This document shows, piece by piece, positions 10,748 to 20,616 of a stretch of 64,000 nt of DNA. The notes under the pieces were generated by a model. It saw only the letters and a list, made by a program, of their open reading frames with translations, was not told the DNA's origin and did not search any database. Position 1 is the stretch's first letter, and each line of letters starts with the position of its first letter. Made by a program: the position numbers and the translations under genes. The stretch comes from Candidatus Latescibacterota bacterium. GTDB lineage: Bacteria > Latescibacterota > UBA2968. The stretch lies in contig OZ240241.1 in the NCBI GenBank assembly GCA_965198115.1, forward strand, positions 7,264,001-7,328,000, read 5' to 3'.

Positions 10748-11941
10748 ATGGATCAAGGAGTTCCGGAGGTTAAGATCGACGTCGACGGGTTCCGATTCGA
10801 GGTCATTGCCGAAGACCGTGAGACCAGCGCACGTGCTGGAGTCCTTCACACACCGCACGGCGAGGTGGAGACCCCGGTTTTTATGCCCGTCGGAACACAG
10901 GGGTCCGTCAAGACGCTCAGCCAGGAGGATCTGGAGGCTTTGGATGCGCGGATCATCCTGGGTAACACTTATCATCTTTATCTTCGCCCTGGGACGACCC
11001 TGATCGAAGAGGCCGGCGGCCTTCACGGATTCATCGGTTGGAATCGGGCGATTCTGACGGACAGCGGGGGCTTCCAGGTTCGTAGTTTGGCCGCACTCAA
11101 CAAGGTGACTGAAGAGGGCGTGGTGTTTCAGTCGCATATCGATGGATCGCGTCATCTGTTCACATCGGAGAGTGTGGTCCGGACGCAGCATCTCCTGGGT
11201 CCCGATGTGATGATGATGTGGGACGAGTGCACGCCGTTTCCCTGCACGGAAGAGGAAGCACGGTTGTCGGGCGAGCGAACGCTGCGATGGGGAGCCGCGT
11301 GTTTGGATGCGTACGACGCCCTGGGCCGACGGAGTGCGGCGGGTCGTTCACAAGCCCTTTTCGGAATCGTTCAGGGAAGCATCTTCCCCGAACTTCGAGA
11401 ACGATTCACCGAGGAAACCGTGGCGATGGACTTCCCTGGCTACGCTGTCGGTGGGACCTGTATCGGGGAGCGGAAGGCGGAGACGTGGCAGGCTGTGAAA
11501 ACGGTTGTAGAGCGCCTGCCCAGATCGAAGCCCCGTTACATGATGGGGAGCGGTCCTCCCGAAGACCTGGTCGACGGCGTTTCACGTGGGATCGACATGT
11601 TCGACTGTGTCGTCCCAACGAGAAACGCGCGAAACAGCACCGTGTTCACACGCGAGGGACGGTTGAACATCCGCGGGGCCGTGTTCAAGGACGATCTGTC
11701 ACCCCTGGACGAGACCTGTCCGATGATATCGCGCTACTCGCGAGCCTACATCCGACACCTTCTCCACGCAGGAGAGGTGCTGGGTCTTCGTCTGGCCACC
11801 CTTTGCAGCGTCCACTACTTTTTGGAGTTGATGCAAAACATGAGACAGGCCATCATCGATCAAACGTTCGGCGAGTGGCTTGTCGCGTTCAGAGCGGGTC
11901 CGTACGGCGCTACGATAGAAACGCCGACCGAGTCCGCATAG
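10748..11941 (+). CDS. tgt: tRNA-guanine transglycosylase
   Basis: TPVFMPVGT, LGNTYHL, TDSGGFQ, GIVQG, DMFDCVVPTR; directly upstream of yajC. Confidence 0.93.
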   Translation: MDQGVPEVKIDVDGFRFEVIAEDRETSARAGVLHTPHGEVETPVFMPVGTQGSVKTLSQEDLEALDARIILGNTYHLYLRPGTTLIEEAGGLHGFIGWNRAILTDSGGFQVRSLAALNKVTEEGVVFQSHIDGSRHLFTSESVVRTQHLLGPDVMMMWDECTPFPCTEEEARLSGERTLRWGAACLDAYDALGRRSAAGRSQALFGIVQGSIFPELRERFTEETVAMDFPGYAVGGTCIGERKAETWQAVKTVVERLPRSKPRYMMGSGPPEDLVDGVSRGIDMFDCVVPTRNARNSTVFTREGRLNIRGAVFKDDLSPLDETCPMISRYSRAYIRHLLHAGEVLGLRLATLCSVHYFLELMQNMRQAIIDQTFGEWLVAFRAGPYGATIETPTESA

Positions 11942-11951
11942 GAGGATACGA

Positions 11952-12284
11952 TTGTTCTGGGTGACTGAAGCGTTCGCGATGTCGGGCCAGCAGAACCAGG
12001 CTGAGGGCGGAAACATGTTCATGAACATGCTTCCCTTCCTGCTGATGTTTGTAGTCATGTATTTTCTGTTGATTCGACCGCAGTACAAAAAACAGAAAGA
12101 TCAACAGTCGATGATCGATGCTCTCAAGAAGGGAGACAAGGTGGTGACCAACGGGGGGATCCACGGTACGATTGTCGGTGTGAAGGAGAAGGACAGCATT
12201 CTCGTGGTTCAGGTGGCCAAAGATGTTCGTATCGAAGTCTCACGCGGTGCCATTTCCCGGGTGACGGACAAGAAGGGCAACTGA
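11952..12284 (+). CDS. yajC: Preprotein translocase subunit YajC
   Basis: YFLLIRPQ, LKKGDKVVTNGGIHG; tgt-yajC synteny. Confidence 0.93.
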   Translation: MFWVTEAFAMSGQQNQAEGGNMFMNMLPFLLMFVVMYFLLIRPQYKKQKDQQSMIDALKKGDKVVTNGGIHGTIVGVKEKDSILVVQVAKDVRIEVSRGAISRVTDKKGN

Positions 12285-12289
12285 GCCCT

Positions 12290-13213
12290 TTGAAGGTCGT
12301 GTTCATGGGCACGCCCGATTTTGCGGTGCCTTCGCTCGAGGCGATCGCAGGGTCGGACCACGACGTCGCCGCGGTCGTGACACGTCCTGACACCGCCAGG
12401 GGCCGCGGACAGAAACGGTCTCCACCGGAGGTCAAGGTGGCTGCGGAAGCGTTGGAGATTCCAACTCTGCAACCGGAGAGGCTCCGTGATGAAACGTTCG
12501 TAGACTCGCTGAAGGAGATCCGCGCCGACCTTTTCGTCGTTGTCGCTTTCGTGATTTTGCCGAAGATGGTGCTTGCCCTGCCGCGGCTGGGATCGATCAA
12601 CCTTCATCCATCGCTGTTGCCGAAGTATCGGGGAGCAGCGCCCATCAATTGGGCTGTGATCAACGGCGAGCGAGAGACGGGCATCACGACGTTCAAACTT
12701 TCGTCCAGAGTCGATGCAGGAGACCTGCTGATACAGGAACGCGTGTCGATCGGGCCCGAGGAAACGGCAGGGGAGCTTTACGAGCGGTTGAAAATGAAGG
12801 GGGCGTCCGCCGTTGTGGAGACCCTGGATGGCCTGGCCGAAGGTCGTCTCGAAGGTTATCCCCAGTCGGATGACGAGGCCACGCCTGCGCCCAAGCTGAC
12901 TAAAGAGACCGGTCGAATCGATTGGAAACAGACAGCCGACCGGATTCGTAATCTGGTGCGTGGAACCAATCCCTTCCCGGGCGCGTTCACGACGTGGAAC
13001 GACGCAACGATCAAGATCCACAAGGTCGGCACCGAGAGTGGGGAAGGCCCGCCCGGCAGAGTGCTTTCCGCTGACGACCGGACGGGAATCTTTATCGGCG
13101 CGGGTGAGGGTGTTGTGCGTCTGGAAGAGGTTCAGCCACAAGGCAAGCGACGAATGGATGGGCCGGCCTTCGTGCGTGGCTACCGGGTGGACGCCGGTCA
13201 CTCATTCGGTTAG
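12290..13213 (+). CDS. fmt: Methionyl-tRNA formyltransferase
   Basis: VFMGTPDFA, INLHPSLLPKYRGAAPI, DAGD, QPQGKRRM. Confidence 0.95.
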   Translation: MKVVFMGTPDFAVPSLEAIAGSDHDVAAVVTRPDTARGRGQKRSPPEVKVAAEALEIPTLQPERLRDETFVDSLKEIRADLFVVVAFVILPKMVLALPRLGSINLHPSLLPKYRGAAPINWAVINGERETGITTFKLSSRVDAGDLLIQERVSIGPEETAGELYERLKMKGASAVVETLDGLAEGRLEGYPQSDDEATPAPKLTKETGRIDWKQTADRIRNLVRGTNPFPGAFTTWNDATIKIHKVGTESGEGPPGRVLSADDRTGIFIGAGEGVVRLEEVQPQGKRRMDGPAFVRGYRVDAGHSFG

Positions 13214-13283
13214 GCTTTTAACGATATGACAGCCCCGGGTGTGCCCGGGATTTCGTTCGGTGAGATGTCAGGAGGTAAGGATC

Positions 13284-13982
13284 ATGTTTCCGTTCATGTT
13301 TTTCGATCCGACGATGATTCTGCTGATCCCGGGTCTGATTCTGGCCGGGTGGGCACAGTTGAAGGTCAAGGGCACTTTTAGAAAGTATGATGAGTATTCC
13401 GCACGGTCCGGCTATTCGGCCGACCATATCGCCCGTGACATTTTAAACAAGGGTGGGCTGGACGTCGAAATCGATCGTGTCCGCGGAGATCTTTCTGACT
13501 ATTACGATCCACGAAGCCGCGAACTCTATCTGTCGGATTCGGTTTACGGCAACAACTCGCTTTCCGCGATCGGTGTGGCCGCTCACGAAGCGGGACACGC
13601 GTTCCAACACGCGCAGGGCTACTTTCCGCTCTCGCTGCGGTCGAACCTGGTGCCGGTGGCGAACTTCGGGTCGACGCTCGGGATGCCGATGTTCTTTATC
13701 GGTTGGTTCGCGGGGTGGCAGCCTCTGGTCGAAATCGGCATTCTGTTCTTTTCGTTCGCGGTTCTGTTCGGGCTGGTGACGTTGCCCGTCGAATTCAACG
13801 CGAGCAATCGAGCGATCGCGATCCTGACCGATGGCGGTTACCTGACAGCCGAAGAGATTCCGGCCGCCCGGAAGGTGCTGAACGCGGCCGCCTGGACCTA
13901 CGTCGCTTCGGCGTTGATGGCGGTGCTGTCGCTGATCCGATTGCTTGTGATTTCAGGCGTGTTGGGTGGCCGAGACGACTAG
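13284..13982 (+). CDS. Membrane zinc metallopeptidase (YugP-like)
   Basis: LSDYYDP, VAAHEAGHA.Q, TLPVEFNAS.RA, VLNAAAWTYV. Confidence 0.88.
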   Translation: MFPFMFFDPTMILLIPGLILAGWAQLKVKGTFRKYDEYSARSGYSADHIARDILNKGGLDVEIDRVRGDLSDYYDPRSRELYLSDSVYGNNSLSAIGVAAHEAGHAFQHAQGYFPLSLRSNLVPVANFGSTLGMPMFFIGWFAGWQPLVEIGILFFSFAVLFGLVTLPVEFNASNRAIAILTDGGYLTAEEIPAARKVLNAAAWTYVASALMAVLSLIRLLVISGVLGGRDD

Positions 13983-14079
13983 CAAAGTCGTGGGCGGTCG
14001 GCAGTTGGCGGTGGGCAGAGATACGGCTTCGCCTGCGTGGTTATAGGCGACCCGCGATGGATGTTACTGGGAGGGTGGT

Positions 14080-15123
14080 ATGTACGATGTGGTGACGTTC
14101 GGGGAGGCAATGATTCGGTTGTCGTCGCCCGAATATCGAAGACTCGAAAACACGGACCGGCTGGATGTACAAATCGGGGGTGGCGAATACAATGTAGCCG
14201 TTGCGTGTGCGCATCTCGGACTGAGCACGGCCTGGGTTTCGCGGCTGGTCGACAACTGGACAGGGTGGATCATTCGTAATAAGGGTCGCGAGCACGGTGT
14301 GGATATGTCGAACATCGTCTGGGTGCCGTTCGACGGCGTGGGCCTGGAGCGCAACGGTTTCTACCACGTTGAGGTCGGCGTGGGGCCGCGGGCGAGCGCC
14401 GTGACCTACGATCGGGGTCATTCGGCGATTTCGAGGGTCGAGCCGGGGATGGTGGACTGGAAGACGATCTTCAATGGGACGAAGTGGTTTCACGTCAGCG
14501 GGATTTCACCCGCACTGTCCGAGGGCGCCGCTGCCACGACCCTCGAGGCACTCAAGGCGGCGAGTGCGGCCGGCGTGACGACGAGTTTCGACCTGAATTT
14601 CCGCTCGAAACTGTGGTCGGCAGAAGAGGCACAGAAGACGATTGCCCAGTTCATTCCGCACGTGAAGGTTCTGATCGGGAACGAAGAAGATTTCGAAAAA
14701 ACCCTCGGGCTGAAGGCGGAGGGCACGTCCGAATCTTTCGATTCGCTCGATCCCGAGAGTTACAAGAACGTCGCGCGATCGGCTGTTGAAACCTACCCGA
14801 ACGTCGAGTACGTGGGCACGACGCTGCGCGTCGCGAAAACCGGCCTTTTGAACGACTGGCGAACGCTACTCTATGACGGGAGTGATTTCTATCTATCACG
14901 GATCTACGAAGACCTGGAGATGGTGGATCGTGTGGGCGGCGGAGACAGCTTCTCGGCCGGCTTGATCGACGGTCTGTTGTCTGGCAGGAACCCGCAGGAC
15001 GCGATCGATTTTGCGGGCGGCTATTCCGCGCTGGCACATACGTTCCCCGGCGACGTGAACTGGGCAACACGCGAAGAGGCGGAGAGCGCGATGAAGGGGG
15101 GAGGGGCGAGGATTCGCCGTTGA
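14080..15123 (+). CDS. kdgK: PfkB sugar kinase, probably 2-keto-3-deoxygluconate kinase
   Basis: VVTFGEAMIRL, GG.E.NVA, FDLNFRSKLW, VDRVGGGDSF; upstream of eda. Confidence 0.8.
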   Translation: MYDVVTFGEAMIRLSSPEYRRLENTDRLDVQIGGGEYNVAVACAHLGLSTAWVSRLVDNWTGWIIRNKGREHGVDMSNIVWVPFDGVGLERNGFYHVEVGVGPRASAVTYDRGHSAISRVEPGMVDWKTIFNGTKWFHVSGISPALSEGAAATTLEALKAASAAGVTTSFDLNFRSKLWSAEEAQKTIAQFIPHVKVLIGNEEDFEKTLGLKAEGTSESFDSLDPESYKNVARSAVETYPNVEYVGTTLRVAKTGLLNDWRTLLYDGSDFYLSRIYEDLEMVDRVGGGDSFSAGLIDGLLSGRNPQDAIDFAGGYSALAHTFPGDVNWATREEAESAMKGGGARIRR

Positions 15124-15361
15124 GCTGGCAAATCCTACGGTGGACGGTAGACGGTGGACCCCTCGCGTGCTCGGGGCAGGCTCCAAAGACAGCTTCGCCC
15201 CTTATCAACGTACATTGGCGTAGGAGCGGATCGCGATCCGCCCGGCACTCGGTCACCTAGCTGTCTCGGGCACAACCCGATGATGTTTGACATGACGCAT
15301 ATGGAATGACACAATGCCTGGAGGTTTACTCCAGGCATTGTCTTTATTGGGAGGACGCGAG

Positions 15362-15997
15362 ATGGCAGGTGTCGTCGATGAGATCAAGGCGTGTGGGGTG
15401 GTGGCTGTCCTTCGTGCGGATTCACCGAACGAGCTGATGGATGTGTCCAAAGCCCTGCGGGACGGCGGTGTGGTGGCGATCGAGGTGACGATGACGGTTC
15501 CAGGGGCGCTGAAGGTGATCGAGGAGGCATCGGCCAAGATGACGGATACGATCGTCGGCGTGGGCTCCGTGTTGGACACGGAGACGGCCCGGGCGGCGAT
15601 TCTGGCCGGCGCCGAATACGTGGTGTGCCCCACGCTGAACGTGGACGTGATCGAGATGGCGAAACGCTACGGAAAGGCGGTCATGCCGGCCGGTTTTACG
15701 CCGACCGAGATCTTGACAGCGTGGCAAGCAGGTGCCGATGTGGTGAAGGTGTTTCCAGCCTCGGTGGGGGGCCCGTCGTATTTCAAGGATATCAAGGGTC
15801 CCCTGCCACAAGTGGAGCTCATGCCGACGGGGGGTGTCGATATCAATACCACGCCGGAGTTCATCAAAAACGGGGCGTGTGCGGTGGGCGCGGGCAGCGC
15901 GATGGTGGATAGGCAGGCCGTGGCCGACAAGAACTGGGCAAGGCTGACGGAGACGGCAAAGGCGTTTGTGGATGCTGTTGCCAGCGCGAGGAGCTGA
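15362..15997 (+). CDS. eda: KHG/KDPG aldolase
   Basis: VVAVLR, IEVTM, GVGSVLD, TPTEI, VKVFP, MPTGGV; SD GGGAGG before ATG. Confidence 0.9.
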   Translation: MAGVVDEIKACGVVAVLRADSPNELMDVSKALRDGGVVAIEVTMTVPGALKVIEEASAKMTDTIVGVGSVLDTETARAAILAGAEYVVCPTLNVDVIEMAKRYGKAVMPAGFTPTEILTAWQAGADVVKVFPASVGGPSYFKDIKGPLPQVELMPTGGVDINTTPEFIKNGACAVGAGSAMVDRQAVADKNWARLTETAKAFVDAVASARS

Positions 15998-16220
15998 AAA
16001 ACCAAGGCTTACGACTGAGAACACCCCTCGACTTCGCTCGGGACAGGCTCCGGACACGGAGGGATTGAGGAACCCTGGGTTCGAGGCGCTATTCGCCGCG
16101 AAACCTGAGAGTAGCCTCTGAACTCCGGTGAAAGCGATACATGCCTTGGGCTGAGGCGTTGATGAGAACTGCTGCCACGCCTGCTCTCCTCCTCGCCCAG
16201 TCGTTACTTTGGATACAACC

Positions 16221-17165
16221 ATGAGCTCCAGCCTCACCATAGGCGTTGACCTCGGCGGCACGAATACCCGTGCGGGGCTCGTAACGGAAGAGGGCGAGAT
16301 TCTTGGGCGCGGGCGGAAGCCGACGCCGGTGGCCGATGGGGCGGAGGCCGTTGTCGCCACGATTGTTGAGTGCGCACGGGAGGCGGCGGCTGACGGGGGT
16401 GTGTCGTTGGATGACATCGAGGGCATCGGCGTGGGCTCGCCGGGACCTCTCGATCCTTATGAGGGTGTGATCATCTCGCCGGAGAACATGCCGTGCATGC
16501 ACGGTGTGCCGTTGCGAGAAAAGTTGGAAACGGATTTGTCGAGACCGGTTCGCGTGGATAACGACGCGAACATGGCGGCGTTCGGTGAGCAGTGGTTGGG
16601 TGCGGGGCGTGACGTCGACCACTTTCTTTGTGTGACGCTGGGTACCGGCGTGGGGGGTGGTTGGGTCAGCGACGGGCACCTGATGCGCGGCTTCAACGGA
16701 AACGCGGCCGAGGTCGGGCACGTTACAGTGGATCACGCGGGTCCGAGGTGTATCTGTAACAACTACGGCTGTCTCGAGATGTATGCAGCGGCGACGGCGA
16801 TGGTCCGCCGGACGGTCGAGCGTATCGAAGAGACGCAGCCGGATACAGTGCTGAAAGTAGGTGGATTGTCGACGCGCGCGATTTTCGACGCGGCGGAGGC
16901 CGGTGACGCGTTTGCTCAGGGGATGTTCGAGGAGACGGGCACGTTTCTCGGCATCGGTATCGTGACGCTGGTGAACGTGACGAACGTCGAGATGGTGGCC
17001 CTCGCCGGCGGTCTGGCGGCAGCGGGCGATCGGATCTTCGAGCCAACGCGGCGGGCCTTCATGGATCGGGGGACGGTTGGAGTTCGCGAACACGTTCACA
17101 TCGTTTCCGCAGGGCTCGGAGACGACGCGGGTCTGCTGGGAGCTGCGCGCTTGGTGAAGGCATGA
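16221..17165 (+). CDS. ROK family sugar kinase (glucokinase-like)
   Basis: IGVDLGGT, NDAN, TLGTGVGGG, E.GH..C.C...GCLE. Confidence 0.9.
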   Translation: MSSSLTIGVDLGGTNTRAGLVTEEGEILGRGRKPTPVADGAEAVVATIVECAREAAADGGVSLDDIEGIGVGSPGPLDPYEGVIISPENMPCMHGVPLREKLETDLSRPVRVDNDANMAAFGEQWLGAGRDVDHFLCVTLGTGVGGGWVSDGHLMRGFNGNAAEVGHVTVDHAGPRCICNNYGCLEMYAAATAMVRRTVERIEETQPDTVLKVGGLSTRAIFDAAEAGDAFAQGMFEETGTFLGIGIVTLVNVTNVEMVALAGGLAAAGDRIFEPTRRAFMDRGTVGVREHVHIVSAGLGDDAGLLGAARLVKA

Positions 17166-17256
17166 ACCATCCTTCGACTACGCTCAGGACAGGCTTCGAC
17201 TCCAAGACGCCAATAAGACTTTGGGGTAGGAGCGGCCTCTGGCCGCGATCCCAGCA

Positions 17257-17685
17257 GTGAGGCTATCTGTTCTATCAGTCGGTCTACTCGTTTCTTCAAC
17301 TGCTTTCTCCCAAGAGGCACAACCAGACTCCACTCAGCAGGTTGTTCCAAAGTCACCCAGCGGTGCCGCGTTGCGAAGTCTCGCACTGCCCGCCTGGGGG
17401 CAGTTCTACAACGAGAAGAAGATCAAGGGTTCTATTCTGGCCGCGGCGGAAGTGGGTTCCGTCGTGGCCTATTTCGTCCGGCGAGATCAGTTGAATGACA
17501 AGTTCGTGCCGCCCGGTGCGAGAGGGTCTCGGAACGAGTTCGTGTTTGTCATAGCTGGCGTGATCTTCTACAACGTCGTGGATGCGTTCGTCGATGCGCA
17601 TCTGGATGTGGTGGATTGGGGTGAGCTATCTGTCGGAGAGACAACACGTGGGGACCCGAGGCTCTTAGTGTCGTTTAAATTCTAG
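17257..17685 (+). CDS. DUF5683-like exported membrane protein
   Basis: KSP.GA.LRSL.LP.WGQFYN, YNVVDAFVDAHL. Confidence 0.7.
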   Translation: MRLSVLSVGLLVSSTAFSQEAQPDSTQQVVPKSPSGAALRSLALPAWGQFYNEKKIKGSILAAAEVGSVVAYFVRRDQLNDKFVPPGARGSRNEFVFVIAGVIFYNVVDAFVDAHLDVVDWGELSVGETTRGDPRLLVSFKF

Positions 17686-17728
17686 TGGAACCACGGAGCA
17701 AACCGACCACACAGCGGCGAGTGAGAGA

Positions 17729-18673
17729 TCACGCGTCGCTTTTACTTTGCTCTTCGGGAGTCTGAAGCACAGGCGGAGGTGGGGCGATGATGTTGATGTC
17801 GCGGTCATCGATGGGATGGTGGAAAACGACCCGGTGAGCGTGGAGGTGATATCCGACGTCACCTGGCAGGGGTGCGCGTTCCCCATCGACGAGAGGGGTG
17901 GGGAGGCCACCGGCGACATAGAGCGGATCACCGACGAGTGGGTGGCCCAGGGCGGCGGCGTGAATACGGATCTGGTGAGGACGGCCCGTAGTGATCTGGA
18001 TTTCGACGAGCGTGTGGCCTGCTTCACGATCGACGTGGAGACGGTGCCCTTCGCTGTGTGAAACCTTTCCATCGGATGTTGCGGCGTAGAGCTGTCCGAT
18101 CGGGGCGTAGTCCACGGGGCCGATGGGTGTGTCGATTTCGAATGTGTCAGGGACATCGGTGCCTCGTAGCAGCGCCCTGTAGAGTTTGGTGATTCGGCGT
18201 TCGACAAAGGTCTCTGTCATGAGTCGGAGTGCTTCCCGGGACCGTGCGAAGAGGACGATTCCGGACGTTCCACGACCGATCCGATGGAGCGGCGAGGGGG
18301 CGATTTCGCCATCGTATCGATCTCTGACGACTGTGAGCAGTGTGTGCTGGAGGTGGTGGCCGCTCGGGAGGACGGGTAAGCCGCTCGGTTTATCGACAGC
18401 GAGGAGATGGGCGTCCTCGAAGAGTGTTGCGAATGCTAGGGGCGTCTCGGGTTCGTGCCACGGGTCCCGGAGATAGGTGAGCGTATCCCCACGTTGGAGT
18501 ATGGCTTTGGAATGAGATGGTTCCCCGTTTAAACGGACGAACCCGTTCTGTATCCGCGCAAGCCATTCGGTCTCGGAAGAGTGAGTGTAGCGACGGGTGT
18601 AGAAATCGAGGAGGGTCTCGCCCTCTCCGTCGGTGTCGATCCGATTGGTGTAGGTGTATCCCGTGTTTTCCAT
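17729..18673 (-). CDS. RluA family pseudouridine synthase
   Basis: S4-like N-terminus, DKPSGLPV.P, HRIGRGTSG, TGRPHQIRIH, GHPLVGDPLY. Confidence 0.9.
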   Translation of the reverse strand: MENTGYTYTNRIDTDGEGETLLDFYTRRYTHSSETEWLARIQNGFVRLNGEPSHSKAILQRGDTLTYLRDPWHEPETPLAFATLFEDAHLLAVDKPSGLPVLPSGHHLQHTLLTVVRDRYDGEIAPSPLHRIGRGTSGIVLFARSREALRLMTETFVERRITKLYRALLRGTDVPDTFEIDTPIGPVDYAPIGQLYAATSDGKVSHSEGHRLHVDREAGHTLVEIQITTGRPHQIRIHAAALGHPLVGDPLYVAGGLPTPLVDGERAPLPGDVGYHLHAHRVVFHHPIDDRDINIIAPPPPVLQTPEEQSKSDA

Positions 18674-18851
18674 GTCGTCGAATCGGTGACGATTGCGGTA
18701 GCGTCTGTCGCCGGAGAGATGACAGCTAGGAGGCAACACAGCCTACGAAGGGGCTGGCCTCGTGATGGCTCTCGTGGCAAGGGAATTGCGAATGTGACAG
18801 GACTCCGCGCAAGTCCTGTCGGGAAGTTCGCTACCCTCCACGAGAGGAGCA

Positions 18852-19661
18852 ACGATCAACTGCATCCCGCGCATCCTGTTCGGGCTTCTGGTTGCCTGCC
18901 ACACATCGGCGGCCGTTCACTCAGCGGGCGAATTCTCGCCAACGGGCGCCCGGGCAGGTGGCATGGGTGATACGTTTACGGCCATTGCCACCGGCGCTGA
19001 GTCCTACGGATGGAACCCCGCGGGGGTCGCGTGGTCGAGAAGCTTCGAAGGTTCCTTTGGATACGGTCGTCCCTATGGGCTGGCTTCGCTGGAAACTCTG
19101 AACGCGTCCGTGGCTTTCGGAAGACGACGATACGGGATCGGTGCGTCGGTCGTCGGGTTTGGCGATGTCGCGTATCGAGAAACGACGATGGCGATCTCTC
19201 TCGCCGGCCGTCCCAGACGCGGCCTCGTCGGTGTTGGGATCGGAGGGCGATGGATCACGATGGGTGGTACCGGACTTCGGCCGAGGGGACGTGGAATGAT
19301 TGACATCGGGTTGCGTATTGCCGGGGATGATTGGGCGGTCGCCGCCGTAGGATGGAATGCGACCGGCCATCGGGTCGACATTCTGAGCCAGGGCAGTACG
19401 TTTGGCCTTGTGCTGCGTGTGACTCCACGAGTCGTGATTGGGTTCGACATTCGGAAGGAAGTGGGTATCAGAACGGGTGCGTCCACCGGGGTCGAGGTCA
19501 CACTCAGACGACGTTTCGTCATCCGGACAGGATGGGGCGGCTACCCGGAGCGGTTGGGAGTGGGAATGGGGATCGTGACCGATCACGTTCAGATCGATGT
19601 CTCTTTTTCGATGCATTCGATTTTGGGTCACTCACATCGGCTGTCCTTGGCCGTTCGTTAG
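18852..19661 (+). CDS. Second PorV-like outer-membrane barrel with a non-canonical or lost start codon
   Basis: GARAGGMGD, WNPAG, LGHSHRLSL; an in-frame signal-peptide-like segment precedes the first ATG (18963). Confidence 0.6.
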   Translation, partial: TINCIPRILFGLLVACHTSAAVHSAGEFSPTGARAGGMGDTFTAIATGAESYGWNPAGVAWSRSFEGSFGYGRPYGLASLETLNASVAFGRRRYGIGASVVGFGDVAYRETTMAISLAGRPRRGLVGVGIGGRWITMGGTGLRPRGRGMIDIGLRIAGDDWAVAAVGWNATGHRVDILSQGSTFGLVLRVTPRVVIGFDIRKEVGIRTGASTGVEVTLRRRFVIRTGWGGYPERLGVGMGIVTDHVQIDVSFSMHSILGHSHRLSLAVR

Positions 19662-19671
19662 GGTCGATTTA

Positions 19672-19700
19672 TTGACACTGTCTGGCCCCGCTTCTATCTT
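19672..19700 (+). promoter_or_regulatory. Sigma70-type promoter
   Basis: TTGACA-17 bp-TATCTT upstream of the PASTA gene. Confidence 0.65.
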
Positions 19701-19741
19701 TGAAATCCCTTCCCAATTTCCCACGATCGCTTGTAGGATCT

Positions 19742-20476
19742 ATGCTTCGAACCATCGGGCGAGAAGTCGTCCTGTTCATCGCGTGCGCCGTGTTTATGGG
19801 TGCGGTCGGGCTCATTCTGCTGGACAGCTGGTTGATGCCCGAGTACGTCCGCAAAGGGCAGCAAATCGAGGTACCCGACGTCGTCGACCGCACACCCGAG
19901 CAGGCTCGGCGGCTCCTCGCACGGAAGGGTCTTCGCCTCAAACTGCGTGAACCCCGCTGGGATACCGATATTCCCAGGGGTCACATCATCGCGCAGCATC
20001 CCTCTGCAAACGAGCGCGTGAAGCAGGGTCGCACCGTGTTGGCGGTTCCGAGCAAGGGGCGGCGTAGTTTCACCGTTCCGGACCTCGCTCGAAAAACGCT
20101 GAGGCAAGCCGGTCTGCTTGCCCAACAGGCTGGGCTCGCGGTGGGCGAAATTCACGATGAACCCTCTCACGATATTGCAGAAGGTTCCGTGATCCGACAC
20201 GAACCTCCTCCTGGTGCTCGAGTCGCCGGTGGCACCGAGGTCATTCTGTTCGTGAGCGACGGACCTCCAGGCGAGATTATCCAAATGACGAACCTGATTG
20301 GCATCCCGATCAGAGAAGCCCGTCGAGAGATCGAGAAGCTCGGTCTGCAGATCGGGAAGATTCGTTACGAGTTCACGACGGCTTATGCTCCAAACATCGT
20401 GATTCGTCAGGTCCCGGCGGATACGATGGAAGTGCGTCAGGGTTCGCGCGTCGAGTTGGTGATCAGTAAACTTTAA
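19742..20476 (+). CDS. PASTA domain-containing protein (3 repeats)
   Basis: N-terminal TM; VPDVV, VPDL and MTNLIG repeats each ending V.L..S. Confidence 0.85.
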   Translation: MLRTIGREVVLFIACAVFMGAVGLILLDSWLMPEYVRKGQQIEVPDVVDRTPEQARRLLARKGLRLKLREPRWDTDIPRGHIIAQHPSANERVKQGRTVLAVPSKGRRSFTVPDLARKTLRQAGLLAQQAGLAVGEIHDEPSHDIAEGSVIRHEPPPGARVAGGTEVILFVSDGPPGEIIQMTNLIGIPIREARREIEKLGLQIGKIRYEFTTAYAPNIVIRQVPADTMEVRQGSRVELVISKL

Positions 20477-20616
20477 CCAACGAACAGCAACACGAAGTCA
20501 CGAAGACGCGGAGGAAAGCCGAACCAGGAGTCTTACTCCGGAGCTAGGGAGTGGACTCCAGCCCCCGTCTTTCTTCGTGACTTCGCGCCTTTGTGTTGGT
20601 TTTCCGGAGATTTGGA

